DNA of 63,134 nt, the filler included, from Gemmatimonadota bacterium (GTDB lineage Bacteria > 4572-55 > J002): the NCBI GenBank assembly GCA_003697105.1. It is 5 parts of 5 records of this genome, joined end to end, with 100 filler letters (N's around TTAATTAATTAA, not from the genome) between each part and the next. Parts side by side here need not be neighbours in the genome. Positions count along the whole stretch, not along the records: positions 1 to 16,203 come from RFFQ01000028.1; 4 more parts are not named here. One strand, written 5' to 3'. The notes below the pieces were generated by a model. It ran no database searches. It saw only the letters and a list, made by a program, of their open reading frames with translations, and was not told the DNA's origin. The position numbers were made by a program, and so were the translations under genes. Below are positions 1-10,242 of the stretch, one piece after another. Position 1 is the first letter of the stretch. Every line of letters begins with the position of its first letter.

Positions 1-53
1 AGATGAAACAGCGTACCATTAAAAAGCGTTTCCAACAATTGAACTTGATTTAA
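1..53 (+). CDS. 3' end of an unidentified gene truncated by the window start
   Basis: Open frame ...MKQRTIKKRFQQLNLI* ends TAA at 51-53 and is followed by a terminator-like hairpin. Confidence 0.4.
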   Translation, partial: MKQRTIKKRFQQLNLI

Positions 54-80
54 GGGTCATCCCTTCGCATTCAATTCTGT

Positions 81-115
81 CACCTTGCGAAACAAATGCC
101 TCGCGAGGTGTTTTT
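81..115 (+). terminator. Putative intrinsic terminator
   Basis: CACCTTGCGA-10 nt loop-TCGCGAGGTG stem (one G-U pair) followed by TTTTT. Confidence 0.55.
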
Positions 116-149
116 CTATGTAAACTCGATTTTATTAAGGTGATAGTTC

Positions 150-1307
150 ATGCATTTTAGTTTTACCGAACAACAGCAAGAAGTTCAGAACTTTGCCCGA
201 GATTTTGGGCGAAAACATATTGCGCCGTATTCCCGGGAATGGGACTTACAAGGCTCATTTCCGCGGGAGCTTCTCCTCCAAATGGGTGACTTAGGTCTGC
301 TGGGTGTGCCCATCCCCGAAACATACGGTGGAATGGGATTAGATTACCTCTCTGAAGCGTTAGTGTTTGAGGAGATCGGCTATTGTGACAGCTCCGTACG
401 GACAACCTTAAGTGTCCAAATGAGTCTGGTTGAGTTGACGATTCTCGCTTGGGGCACGGAAGAACAAAAACAGCATTTCCTGCCCAAATTGTGCTCTGGG
501 GAATGGGTCGGTTGTTTTGGTTTAACTGAGCCAGATGCCGGTTCTGACCCCGCCAACCAACAGACGATTGCCCGGCGAGATGGGAATGATTGGATCCTGA
601 ATGGGCAAAAGGTGTGGATTTCCAACGGGAACTGGGCGGATGTAGCGATTATCTTTGCGCAGACCGAACCCGGTAGCCGGCATAAAGGGATGGTGGCGTT
701 CCTGATTGAAACTGCCGGTCGGGACGGATATGAAGCGCCCTTAATGGGGAATAAACTCGGCTTGAAAGCCAGTAATACCAGCGAAATTTTTATGAGTGAC
801 CTGCGGGTGAGCGATTCAGAGCGGTTAGGTGAGGTTGGAGAGGGCTTCAAAGTGGCGATGAGTGCTCTGGATAATGGACGGATGGGTGTCGCTGCCGGTT
901 GTGTTGGTGCGGCTCAGCATGCCCTAGATGTGAGTGTTCAGTATGCACAGGAACGCCAGACCTTCAATAAACCGATTGCCTCCCGACAATTAGTTCAAGC
1001 GATGCTGGCAGATATGTACACCGAAACCGAAGCGGCACGAATGCTGGTTTATAAAGCCGCGTGGACAAAAAATCAAGGTTTGGAAAGCACCATCCCCGTT
1101 TCCATGGCAAAATATTATGCCTCCGAAGTTGCCAAAAAAGTGGCGGATATGGCGATTCAGATTCATGGTGGTTATGGCTATTCTAATGAGTATGACCCCG
1201 AGCGCATCTGGCGGGACGCCCGCGTCGCCTCATTATATGAGGGGACAAGCCAAATCCAGCAACTGATTTTGGGTCGCCATCTAACGGGTATCAGTGCCTT
1301 TGTTTAA
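150..1307 (+). CDS. Acyl-CoA dehydrogenase (short/branched-chain type)
   Basis: GCFGLTEPDAGSD, LNGQKVWISNG, QIHGGYGY and LYEGTSQIQ (catalytic Glu) motifs; 385 aa. Confidence 0.95.
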   Translation: MHFSFTEQQQEVQNFARDFGRKHIAPYSREWDLQGSFPRELLLQMGDLGLLGVPIPETYGGMGLDYLSEALVFEEIGYCDSSVRTTLSVQMSLVELTILAWGTEEQKQHFLPKLCSGEWVGCFGLTEPDAGSDPANQQTIARRDGNDWILNGQKVWISNGNWADVAIIFAQTEPGSRHKGMVAFLIETAGRDGYEAPLMGNKLGLKASNTSEIFMSDLRVSDSERLGEVGEGFKVAMSALDNGRMGVAAGCVGAAQHALDVSVQYAQERQTFNKPIASRQLVQAMLADMYTETEAARMLVYKAAWTKNQGLESTIPVSMAKYYASEVAKKVADMAIQIHGGYGYSNEYDPERIWRDARVASLYEGTSQIQQLILGRHLTGISAFV

Positions 1308-1389
1308 CCGTATCATATAACCGGCTTCATCGGTTGTTGCGGCTCTTGCTTGGAGGCTCTGTGCCGGGTGTTTCATGCCGGAGATAGCA

Positions 1390-1407
1390 TTGTGCATTTT
1401 TTCACAA
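1390..1407. promoter_or_regulatory. Rex (NADH/NAD+ redox-sensing repressor) operator candidate
   Basis: TTGTGCA-TTTT-TTCACAA matches the Rex consensus TTGTGAA-N4-TTCACAA with one mismatch; lies 8 bp upstream of the predicted nuo -35. Confidence 0.75.
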
Positions 1408-1415
1408 GATAAAGC

Positions 1416-1444
1416 TTGACTTTGCTACTGGCTTATACTATTTT
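1416..1444 (+). promoter_or_regulatory. Putative sigma70 promoter of the nuo operon
   Basis: TTGACT-N17-TATTTT, ending 62 nt before the nuoA ATG. Confidence 0.55.
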
Positions 1445-1506
1445 GGCGCACATCATTTTCAGAGTGGTAACCTTTCTATCGATTTTTTAAATCTGCGAAG
1501 AAGGAT

Positions 1507-1872
1507 ATGGTTGAGTACCTCCCCATTTTAGTGATGTTTGCGATTGCCATCGCCATGGCGGTGGTAATTTTAGTCTTGACCCATCTTCTGGGGCCACGTC
1601 AAGATGACCCCGTTAAGCTCTCCATGTATGAATCGGGCGTGAATCCCGCTCAGGATTCTAAAGTTCGGTTTTCCGTTAAGTTTTACCTTGTTGCCATCTT
1701 ATTTGTTTTATTTGATATTGAAGTAGTCTTTTTGTACCCGTGGGCGGTTACGTATAAAACCCTATTAAGCTCGCTGGGTTGGTTGATGTTCTGGCAGATG
1801 TTTATTTTTGTGGCGGTCCTGCTGGTTGGCTTCGGGTATGTCTGGAAAAAAGGAGGGTTGCAATGGGATTAG
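1507..1872 (+). CDS. nuoA: NADH-quinone oxidoreductase subunit A
   Basis: Three TM helices, KLSMYESG loop, [30 protein letters not shown] end. Confidence 0.97.
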   Translation: MVEYLPILVMFAIAIAMAVVILVLTHLLGPRQDDPVKLSMYESGVNPAQDSKVRFSVKFYLVAILFVLFDIEVVFLYPWAVTYKTLLSSLGWLMFWQMFIFVAVLLVGFGYVWKKGGLQWD

Positions 1873-2366
1873 AGAGTAAACTATTTGGTGGCTCTGGTTT
1901 TATGTCCACGACGGTGGATCAGGCGCTCAATTGGGCACGAAAGAACTCGCTTTGGCCCATGCCCTTTGGTACCGCTTGCTGTGGGATTGAGATGATGGCA
2001 ACGTTATCTTCTCGAACCGACATGGCGCGTTTTGGTGCGGAAGCGGTGCGGTTTTCCCCGCGCCAGTGTGACTTGCTGTTGGTTGCGGGTCGGGTGCCGA
2101 TCAAAATGATGCCGGTGTTGAAGCGTATTTATGACCAAATGCCCGAACCCAAATGGGTGATCTCGATGGGTGCGTGTTGCTCCTCCGGTGGGGTCTTTAA
2201 TACCTATACCATGGTTCAAGGAATTGACCACTTTTTACCGGTGGATGTCTATATCCCGGGGTGTCCGCCGCGTCCAGAAGCGGTCGTAGATGCGTTGATT
2301 AAAATCCAAAAATTGGTTGAAAAAGATTCAACTGCTCGTTTTGCCGAACCCCAAATTATAGCGTAA
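1863..2366 (+). CDS. nuoB: NADH-quinone oxidoreductase subunit B
   Basis: [10 protein letters not shown] tandem Cys of cluster N2, [24 protein letters not shown]; start placed at ATG 1863 overlapping the nuoA end. Confidence 0.97.
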   Translation: MGLESKLFGGSGFMSTTVDQALNWARKNSLWPMPFGTACCGIEMMATLSSRTDMARFGAEAVRFSPRQCDLLLVAGRVPIKMMPVLKRIYDQMPEPKWVISMGACCSSGGVFNTYTMVQGIDHFLPVDVYIPGCPPRPEAVVDALIKIQKLVEKDSTARFAEPQIIA

Positions 2367-2372
2367 TACCTG

Positions 2373-2966
2373 ATGACTCCTTTTAGCGAACACTTAGTAG
2401 ATCGATTTCGTGACACCTTTCCGGACGATGTGATTGAGGTTGTTGAGTTCCGGGGGGATTACACTTTTATCGTCAAGAAAGAACGGATTTTGGAGATTCT
2501 GCAGTTTCTGAAAGATGAGCCGGATTACGATTTTGATCTTTTGGCGGATGTAACCTGTGTCGATTATCTGAAATTGGGAGGTACACCGCGCTTTCATGTG
2601 GTTTACCAACTGAAATCTATCGCTAAAAAACACCGGCTAGGGGTCAAGGCGCCGGTGAGTGAATCGGATTGCACCATTGACTCCGTTGAAAGCCTCTGGG
2701 CTACCGCAAATTGGCTGGAGCGCGAGGTTTACGACTTATACGGGATCGTCTTCAACCATCATTCCGACCTCCGCCGGATTTTAATGCCGGATGGTTATGA
2801 GGGTCATCCCTTGCGTAAGGATTATCCCCTTGAAGGTCGTGGTGAACGTGATGATTTGGAAGTGCTCCAACGTATTGCGAATCAATTGCCCGATGATATT
2901 CTGATGGTCGAGACGGAATCTGTGAAGCGGGGTAAAGAAAATCCCGATGGGGCAGATGTTATCTAG
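2373..2966 (+). CDS. nuoC: NADH-quinone oxidoreductase subunit C
   Basis: ANWLEREVYDLYGIVF..H.DLRRILMP..GHPLRKDYPL signature. Confidence 0.96.
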   Translation: MTPFSEHLVDRFRDTFPDDVIEVVEFRGDYTFIVKKERILEILQFLKDEPDYDFDLLADVTCVDYLKLGGTPRFHVVYQLKSIAKKHRLGVKAPVSESDCTIDSVESLWATANWLEREVYDLYGIVFNHHSDLRRILMPDGYEGHPLRKDYPLEGRGERDDLEVLQRIANQLPDDILMVETESVKRGKENPDGADVI

Positions 2967-2986
2967 GATAAAACGAGGCTAACATT

Positions 2987-4210
2987 ATGGCAAAAGCAAC
3001 TCAACCTTTACCGGTGCATCAAGAGCCTGACCTGCACACCGAGACGATGATTCTGAACTACGGACCGTCCCACCCCTCCACCCACGGGACGATCCATTTG
3101 GAGTTGGAACTTGATGGGGAAACGGTCATACGGTGTCGCCCCCATATTGGTTACTTGCACAGCGGGTTTGAAAAACTTGGTGAACATCTTACCTACAATC
3201 AGTGGATTCCGCTGAGCGACCGGATGAATTATCTCTCGCCGTTGGCAAATAACATTGGTTTTGCCGTTGCCGTCGAAAAATTATTGGATATTGAGATTAC
3301 GCCGCGTGCCCAAGCGGTGCGGGTTATTCTGGCAGAACTTAGCCGAATTGCGGATCATCTGGTTTGCACTGGAATGCAAGCCGTTGATATTGGTGCATTT
3401 ACTGCCTTTTTGTACGGTTTCGGTGATCGGGAAAAGATTTACAATATCTTTGAACTGGTGACCGGGACGCGCCTCACCACCGGCTTTACGCGTGTGGGTG
3501 GGATGATGCGGGATGTGCCAGATGATTTTATTCCCGCGGTTAAAGATTTTCTGGAAACTTTCCCTGAAACATGGAAACAAATTGATGGGTTGCTCACCCG
3601 CAATAAAATCTGGGTTGAACGGACACAAGGTATCGGTGTTTTATCTGCGGAAGATGCTCTCGATGCGGGTTTTACGGGTCCGAATTTGCGCGCCAGTGGT
3701 GTACCCTATGATATTCGGGCTGACGAACCCTATTGCGGTTACGAAAATTATGATTTTGAAATCCCCATCGGTGAATATGGTGACGTGTATGACCGCTGGC
3801 GGGTGCGCATGGAAGAAATGGTGCAGAGTTGCCACATCATCCGGCAAATCATTGATAAGGGATTGCCGGCAGGTCCCATCAATGCGGACGTTCCGAAAGT
3901 AGTCTTACCGGATAAAAGTGAACTTTTCAGTAAGATGGAATCCCTGATTCATCAGTTCAAGTTGATCATGCCCGGGCACGGTTTTGAAATGCCGAAAGGT
4001 GAGGTCTATTCTGCCACCGAATCCCCGAATGGCGAACTTGGGTTTTATCTGGTGAGTGATGGGAGCAATATGGCATACCGGCTTCGGGTTCGTCCCCCGT
4101 CTTTTGTACATTTGTCGGGGTTGCCGCGTATGCTGGAAGGTCATATGATTTCGGATATTGTGGCGATTTTAGGAAGTATTAACATTATTGCGGGCGAATT
4201 AGATCGGTAG
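2987..4210 (+). CDS. nuoD: NADH-quinone oxidoreductase subunit D
   Basis: GPSHPSTHG, GYLHSGFEK, DRMNY, ESPNGELGFY, GELDR C-terminus. Confidence 0.97.
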   Translation: MAKATQPLPVHQEPDLHTETMILNYGPSHPSTHGTIHLELELDGETVIRCRPHIGYLHSGFEKLGEHLTYNQWIPLSDRMNYLSPLANNIGFAVAVEKLLDIEITPRAQAVRVILAELSRIADHLVCTGMQAVDIGAFTAFLYGFGDREKIYNIFELVTGTRLTTGFTRVGGMMRDVPDDFIPAVKDFLETFPETWKQIDGLLTRNKIWVERTQGIGVLSAEDALDAGFTGPNLRASGVPYDIRADEPYCGYENYDFEIPIGEYGDVYDRWRVRMEEMVQSCHIIRQIIDKGLPAGPINADVPKVVLPDKSELFSKMESLIHQFKLIMPGHGFEMPKGEVYSATESPNGELGFYLVSDGSNMAYRLRVRPPSFVHLSGLPRMLEGHMISDIVAILGSINIIAGELDR

Positions 4211-4219
4211 AAATAACTT

Positions 4220-4687
4220 ATGTTTCCGAATGAACATATCGAAGCACAAGCGCAACAAATTATGGCAAAATATCCCACCAAATTGGCGGCGACTTTACCG
4301 TTAGCCCATTTGGCTCAAACGGAATTGGGATACCTGACCCCGGAAGCCATGGAGTGGATTGCCGAAAAGACAGAGCAACATCCCTCTCATGTCAAGAACA
4401 CGGTCAGCTTTTATACCATGTTCTATCGCCAGCCGGTCGGTAAGTATGTCATTCAAGTGTGCCATACGTTATCATGTGCGTTGCGTGGTGCGCGCGATGT
4501 CACAGAACATATTGAGCAAAAATTAGGTATCAAAGCGGGTGAAACGACCCAAGATGGGAAATTTACGCTGATGAAGGTTGAATGCCTTGCGGCGTGCGGG
4601 ACTGCCCCGATGTTTCAAATCAACGATACCTATTATGAAAATTTAACCCTTGATGAAGTTGACCGTATTTTAGATAGTCTTGAGTAA
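4220..4687 (+). CDS. nuoE: NADH-quinone oxidoreductase subunit E
   Basis: [2Fe-2S] ligands VCHTLSC...ECLAAC; SFYTMF. Confidence 0.96.
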   Translation: MFPNEHIEAQAQQIMAKYPTKLAATLPLAHLAQTELGYLTPEAMEWIAEKTEQHPSHVKNTVSFYTMFYRQPVGKYVIQVCHTLSCALRGARDVTEHIEQKLGIKAGETTQDGKFTLMKVECLAACGTAPMFQINDTYYENLTLDEVDRILDSLE

Positions 4688-4698
4688 CTGAGGAGCCC

Positions 4699-6033
4699 AT
4701 GCAGAACGGCAACGGAAAAGTTCCGGCAAGTATCCCTTATATGCGTTCGGTATATGCTGGCGATGAGGCGGTGTTATTGAAGCATTACAACCCGCCGGAA
4801 TCCTTAACGCTAAAACACTACCAACAGCACGGCGGGTACCGTGCGCTTAAAAAAGCCTTTTCGATGGAGCAAGACGCGGTTATTGAGGAAGTCAAAGCCG
4901 CAAATTTGCGTGGTCGTGGCGGGGCAGGTTTTCCGGCAGGCTTAAAATGGAGTTTTATGCCGAAAGAGTCGGACAAACCGAGCGTGCTGGTTTGCAACGC
5001 GGATGAAAGTGAGCCCGGTACTTTCAAAGATAGAGCGTTGATGAATGGTGTACCTCACATGCTCCTTGAAGGGATGATCATTGCAGCGTATGCCATGAGA
5101 GCGTCGCTTTCCTACATCTATATTCGGGGCGAAATGGTGCATGAAGCGCAATGTCTGGAAAACGCCATTGCGGAAGCTTACGCCGCGAATCTGTTGGGTA
5201 AAAATATCTTAGGTTCGGGCTACGATTTGGAAATGGCCGTCCACCGGGGGGCTGGTGCTTATATTTGTGGTGAAGAAACGGGCTTACTGGAATCGTTGGA
5301 AGGCAAACGGGGTTGGCCCCGTACCAAGCCGCCATTTCCGGCGCAATATGGTGCCTTTGGTTATCCCACAACGGTTAATAATGTAGAAACGCTCGCCTGT
5401 GTGCCGCATATTATCAATAATGGCGCGGCGTGGTTTAAATCGTTGGGTCCGGAGCAAAGCCCCGGTCCCAAGCTTTACTGTGTGAGTGGTCATGTGAAAA
5501 AGCCCGGTTTGTATGAATTTCCCATGGGCATCAACATGAAAACGTTAATCTACGACCATTGTGGAGGGATGTTACATGATGACCGCAAACTCAAAGCGGT
5601 GATTCCGGGCGGCTCTTCCGTGCCGGTGATTACTGCGGACGAGGTTGATGTTGCTATGGATTTTAACTCGTTGAGTGCGGTGGGCAGCATGCTCGGTTCT
5701 GCCGGAATGATTGTAATGGATGAGAGTGTGTGCATGGTTGATGCGCTGTTGAATCTGGAGAAATTTTACGCTCATGAATCCTGTGGGCAGTGCACCCCTT
5801 GCCGGGAAGGAACCCCGTGGTTACGAAAAATCCTGACCCGCATTGAACATGGTCAGGCAACAATGGATGATATTGACCTTCTGCAAGATGTTGCGGATAA
5901 AATTGAAAAGCGAACCATTTGCCCCTTGGGAGATGCGGCGGCGTGGCCTGTCCAAGGGATGCTTAAAAAATTTCGTCACGAATTTGAAGAACATGTGAAG
6001 TTGGGTCGATGCCCGATCAATAGCCGGTTATAA
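4699..6033 (+). CDS. nuoF: NADH-quinone oxidoreductase subunit F
   Basis: LRGRGGAGFP, NADESEPGTFKDR, GAGAYICGEET, ESCGQCTPCREG, TICPLGDA. Confidence 0.98.
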   Translation: MQNGNGKVPASIPYMRSVYAGDEAVLLKHYNPPESLTLKHYQQHGGYRALKKAFSMEQDAVIEEVKAANLRGRGGAGFPAGLKWSFMPKESDKPSVLVCNADESEPGTFKDRALMNGVPHMLLEGMIIAAYAMRASLSYIYIRGEMVHEAQCLENAIAEAYAANLLGKNILGSGYDLEMAVHRGAGAYICGEETGLLESLEGKRGWPRTKPPFPAQYGAFGYPTTVNNVETLACVPHIINNGAAWFKSLGPEQSPGPKLYCVSGHVKKPGLYEFPMGINMKTLIYDHCGGMLHDDRKLKAVIPGGSSVPVITADEVDVAMDFNSLSAVGSMLGSAGMIVMDESVCMVDALLNLEKFYAHESCGQCTPCREGTPWLRKILTRIEHGQATMDDIDLLQDVADKIEKRTICPLGDAAAWPVQGMLKKFRHEFEEHVKLGRCPINSRL

Positions 6034-6058
6034 CATACCGAATCATAGGTTGAAAACT

Positions 6059-7672
6059 ATGCCGTTTATTAAGATTGACGATCATGAAATCGAAGTTGAC
6101 GCCGGACGGCGCGTTCTTGATATCGCCACGGAATTAGGAATTAAAATTCCCCATTACTGTTACCATCAGGCACTGTCTAGTCCCGCGAATTGTCGCATGT
6201 GTTTGGTTGAACAGGTTGGTGCTCCAAAGTTGATGCCCTCTTGTGCGACCCGAGTTTTCCCCGCACCACCGAACCGGAAAACCACAATTGATGGGAAGGA
6301 ATACGATGCCGTATTTTACACGGCAAGCCCGGTGGTAAAGGAAGCTCAAGAAAGCATCATGGAATTTTTGCTGATCAATCATCCCTTAGATTGTCCGTGG
6401 TGTGACCAAGCCGGAGAATGCCGGTTGCAAGATTATTCCTATGAATACGGTAAAGGACATAGCCGTTATAAAGAAGAAAAACGTACCTTCCCCAAGAAGA
6501 AGCTCGGTCCCAACGTTCTGCTGTACACCAACCGGTGCATTATGTGTACACGATGTATCCGTTTCTGTGAAGAAATTACAGGCACAGATGAGCTAATGGT
6601 TTCCGAACGGGGAGGCAAGGCTCAAATTGATATTTACTCCGAAGATAAACCCCTAGATAATCCGCTGGCAACGTGTGTGACGGATATTTGCCCGGTCGGA
6701 GCACTGGTCAGTCAGGATTTTCTTTATAAACCCCGGGTATGGAACTACACACGAAAAGAATCTGTGTGTGGGATGTGCGCCTCGAATTGCAATATTTCGG
6801 TGGATACAAAACAAAATCTGATCTATCGCATCAAGCCCCGTGAGAATCAGCAGGTAAATTCATTCTGGATGTGTGATAATGGACGTTTAGGGTACAATCG
6901 ATGGCAAAATGACGTTGACCGGTTGGAGACACCCATGGTTCGCCGGAATGGGCATTTAGAGCCCGTGAGTTGGGAAGAGGCTTATGATGCCATCAAAAAT
7001 GGACTCAAGTCGTTTCGGAATACTGAAATTGCCGGAATTGCTTCGCCATATTCGACGAATGAAGAAAATTATCTTTTCCAAAAGCTGATGGCAAATGCGT
7101 TTAAGTCAGACCAAATTTCTTATGCAACGGGCGCTACATGGGAGGCGTGGGAGGCAAAAAAAAGTCCGTTTAAGATTTCCGAGTTTAAGTCCCCCAATTA
7201 TTTCGGGGCTAAAGATGTTATCGGAAACCGTCACAAAGGGGAAATCATCGAGAAAATATCAAAAATTCAGGTGAAAGCGTTGTATTGGGTTGGGGGAAAC
7301 CTGGACCAACGTTTGACCGATGGGGAACGGGATGCACTACAAAAACTTCAATTTTTAGTGGTGCAAGATGTCTGGCTTTCTCCGATTACGGAATACGCGA
7401 ATGTGGTGTTACCAGCAACGAATTATTATGAAAAAGAGGGTACCTTCACCAATGCGAGTCATATCCTGCAATGGGTACATCCGGTGGTGAATTTAATGGA
7501 TGATATGAAACCGGAATGGCTCATTTTCATCGAGCTTGCCAAACGTCTCGGCGGTTCTCTTGGATATACGGATATTAAAAATGTCACACGGGATATGCTA
7601 GCAAACACCCCTGCATATAAACACATTAAACCGGCTGATATTGGCTCTCAGGGAATTCAAACAAGACGATAA
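6059..7672 (+). CDS. nuoG: NADH-quinone oxidoreductase subunit G (short form)
   Basis: IPHYCYH..NCRMC (N1b), HPLDCPWCDQAGEC (N5), RCIMCTRC..ICPVGAL (N4), CGMCASNC..MCD (N7-type); AGGT RBS before ATG 6059. Confidence 0.93.
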   Translation: MPFIKIDDHEIEVDAGRRVLDIATELGIKIPHYCYHQALSSPANCRMCLVEQVGAPKLMPSCATRVFPAPPNRKTTIDGKEYDAVFYTASPVVKEAQESIMEFLLINHPLDCPWCDQAGECRLQDYSYEYGKGHSRYKEEKRTFPKKKLGPNVLLYTNRCIMCTRCIRFCEEITGTDELMVSERGGKAQIDIYSEDKPLDNPLATCVTDICPVGALVSQDFLYKPRVWNYTRKESVCGMCASNCNISVDTKQNLIYRIKPRENQQVNSFWMCDNGRLGYNRWQNDVDRLETPMVRRNGHLEPVSWEEAYDAIKNGLKSFRNTEIAGIASPYSTNEENYLFQKLMANAFKSDQISYATGATWEAWEAKKSPFKISEFKSPNYFGAKDVIGNRHKGEIIEKISKIQVKALYWVGGNLDQRLTDGERDALQKLQFLVVQDVWLSPITEYANVVLPATNYYEKEGTFTNASHILQWVHPVVNLMDDMKPEWLIFIELAKRLGGSLGYTDIKNVTRDMLANTPAYKHIKPADIGSQGIQTRR

Positions 7673-7677
7673 TAAAA

Positions 7678-8766
7678 ATGATGCCTGTAGATTTATTGCT
7701 GATCGGTGTGAAAGCCGCTATTTTTCTAGGTATTTGGTTGACCTTAGTTCCCGCCATGGTTCTGGTTGAACGGCGGTTAAGTGCGTTTATGCAAGACCGA
7801 TTAGGTCCGAATCGCGTGGGTCCTTTCGGGATTGTTCAGCCTATCGCGGATGCGCTGAAGTTCTTTTTTAAGGAAGATGTGATTCCACACCATGTAGATA
7901 AAGCGTTATATCTACTTGCTCCTGCCGCTATTTTGATCCCGTCGTTGGTTACGTTTTCCGTTATTCCGCTGACGGAACCTTTTGGTTTCTCTCTCTTCGG
8001 GCAGGACATCCACTTTAAGTTTCAGATTGCGGATGTCAGCATTGGGATTCTATTTGTGTTCGCGGTGGCATCGTTGGGTGTTTACGGGATTGTGTTAGGC
8101 GGTTGGGCATCCAACAATAAATATTCGTTATTGGGTGGCTTACGGTCTTCGGCGCAGATGATCAGCTATGAAATTGCGATGGGTTTGGCGGCACTGAGTG
8201 TGCTGATGATGGCAGGGTCCCTAAGTATCTTTGATATTATTCAAATGCAGATTTTTAATGGTGAAACGGGTAAATTGTTCGGTGTATTGCCAGTTTCCGG
8301 GTGGTTAATCTTTCACCAACCGTTAGCGGCGTTGATTTTTATCATTGCGGTTTTTGCGGAGACCAATCGGTTACCCTTTGATCTGCCGGAAGCGGAGCAA
8401 GAACTCGTTGGAGGGTATCACACCGAATATGGCTCCATGAAATTTGCCGCCTTTTTCATGGCGGAATACTGCAACATGGTGACCGGATCGGCACTTATTA
8501 TCGCCCTCTTCTTGGGAGGCTGGTCCACGCTTTTCTTTGACCCGTGGGTTGCTGGCTTACCGGTTTTCTTCAAGATTTTTGTGCAGTTTAGTGTGTTTAT
8601 GACCAAGTTGATCGTCGTCCTCTTTTTCTTTGTGGTGGTTCGGTGGACCCTACCCCGTTTCCGGTATGACCAACTTATGAACTTGGGATGGAAAGTTTTC
8701 TTTGAACTTGCCCTTTTAAATGTGGTAATTACTGCCGTTGTTATTGGTTTCATGTCTGTGAGTTGA
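7678..8766 (+). CDS. nuoH: NADH-quinone oxidoreductase subunit H
   Basis: ERR..QDRLGPNRVGPFG..QPIADALK; AETNRLPFDLPEAEQELVGGYHTEY; PRFRYDQLM. Confidence 0.98.
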   Translation: MMPVDLLLIGVKAAIFLGIWLTLVPAMVLVERRLSAFMQDRLGPNRVGPFGIVQPIADALKFFFKEDVIPHHVDKALYLLAPAAILIPSLVTFSVIPLTEPFGFSLFGQDIHFKFQIADVSIGILFVFAVASLGVYGIVLGGWASNNKYSLLGGLRSSAQMISYEIAMGLAALSVLMMAGSLSIFDIIQMQIFNGETGKLFGVLPVSGWLIFHQPLAALIFIIAVFAETNRLPFDLPEAEQELVGGYHTEYGSMKFAAFFMAEYCNMVTGSALIIALFLGGWSTLFFDPWVAGLPVFFKIFVQFSVFMTKLIVVLFFFVVVRWTLPRFRYDQLMNLGWKVFFELALLNVVITAVVIGFMSVS

Positions 8767-8798
8767 GGCGGCTTTCAGCGAACAAAGGAGATTTTTGC

Positions 8799-9389
8799 AT
8801 GGCAACCTCGGTTAAAGTCCTCAAACGGCCGAAACTGAATCTATTGGAACAAACGTATCTACCGCAAGTTATGGCGGGGCTGGTGACCACTTTCAAACAT
8901 GTGCCGCAGGTGAAAGATACGGTCTCTTACCCGGAAGAAAAATGGATTCCACGGGATGGATACCGGGGATTGCACCGGTTGAACAAAGATGAAGACGGGC
9001 GGATCAAATGTGTTGCCTGTGAAATGTGTTCCTCTGCTTGTCCGGCACATTGTATTACCATTGAAGCGGAAGTTTCGCCGTGGGAAGACCGGGAAAAAAT
9101 CCCGAAACGATACGATATTGATTTGTTGCGCTGTATCTTTTGTGGTATGTGTGAGGAAGCTTGTCCGGAAGATGCGATTGAACTGACCGAAATTTATGAT
9201 TTTTGCGGTTACATCCGGGAAGATTTTATTGCGGATAAAGACACCTTATTACATATCTACGATTTAACAGCAGATGGAAATTATTACCGGGACCTCGAAC
9301 GGTCACAAAAGCTCTTTTTTACCGGTCATAAAGGGGCCGAAGATCGGGAAGTGAGTCCTGAATACACTCGAAATCTTTTGAAGTGGTAA
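8799..9389 (+). CDS. nuoI: NADH-quinone oxidoreductase subunit I
   Basis: Two CxxCxxCxxxCP ferredoxin motifs; YRGLHRL; AAGGAG RBS before ATG 8799. Confidence 0.96.
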   Translation: MATSVKVLKRPKLNLLEQTYLPQVMAGLVTTFKHVPQVKDTVSYPEEKWIPRDGYRGLHRLNKDEDGRIKCVACEMCSSACPAHCITIEAEVSPWEDREKIPKRYDIDLLRCIFCGMCEEACPEDAIELTEIYDFCGYIREDFIADKDTLLHIYDLTADGNYYRDLERSQKLFFTGHKGAEDREVSPEYTRNLLKW

Positions 9390-9394
9390 TTTTT

Positions 9395-9886
9395 ATGGAA
9401 TACGCTCTCTTTTTTGCGTTTTCTTTGGTCGCCATTGTGAGCGGTATTATGGTTATCACCCAAAAAAATGCCGTGTACAGTGGGTTGTATCTGTTACTGA
9501 CCTTTTTTTGTTTAGCGGCATTGTATATTTTGCTCCACGCGGAATTTGTGGCGGTCGTCCAAATTGCTGTCTATGCGGGAGCAATTATGGTGTTGTTCCT
9601 ATTTGTGATTATGTTGCTCAACCTTCGTTTTGAGTCCGATTCATTTGCGCCGCCCCTTCCCCGAATGATCGGTATTGGTGTCGGGCTGTTATTCGCCGTC
9701 CAGTTTGTATGGATTGGTCTCGGCGGGATGGGAGCTGCAGCGGAACGGAATATCCCAGAAGGTACAACCGCCGCCCTAGGGATGGAATTATTCACCAAAT
9801 ATATTGTTCCATTTGAAGCCGCTGGGGTGTTATTATTGGTGGCAATGTTGGGGGCGGTCTATTTGGCAAAACGTAAACATAATTAA
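9395..9886 (+). CDS. nuoJ: NADH-quinone oxidoreductase subunit J
   Basis: [34 protein letters not shown]. Confidence 0.95.
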   Translation: MEYALFFAFSLVAIVSGIMVITQKNAVYSGLYLLLTFFCLAALYILLHAEFVAVVQIAVYAGAIMVLFLFVIMLLNLRFESDSFAPPLPRMIGIGVGLLFAVQFVWIGLGGMGAAAERNIPEGTTAALGMELFTKYIVPFEAAGVLLLVAMLGAVYLAKRKHN

Positions 9887-9900
9887 GGTGTAAACCGGTT

Positions 9901-10203
9901 ATGGTACCTGTCAGTTATTATCTGGTTGTTAGTGCAATTTTATTCATTATTGGAATGATCGGGGTTCTGACCCGTCGCAATGCGATTATCATTTTTATGT
10001 CAGTGGAATTGATGCTCAATGCCGTCAACCTCAGTTTTGTGGCGTTTTCTAATCTTTGGGGAAACCTCACGGGTCAAGTTTTTGTTTTTATGGTGATGAC
10101 CGTGGCGGCAGCAGAAGTCGGGGTTGGGTTGGCGTTGATTATTGCCATCTTTCGTATGAAAGAGACAACAGATATTAATCGTATGAATTTGATGAAGGGT
10201 TAG
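9901..10203 (+). CDS. nuoK: NADH-quinone oxidoreductase subunit K
   Basis: [25 protein letters not shown]; 100 aa. Confidence 0.97.
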   Translation: MVPVSYYLVVSAILFIIGMIGVLTRRNAIIIFMSVELMLNAVNLSFVAFSNLWGNLTGQVFVFMVMTVAAAEVGVGLALIIAIFRMKETTDINRMNLMKG

Positions 10204-10242
10204 TTGGTAGACCTTAAAAACTCTGGTGTGGAATCGATATTT

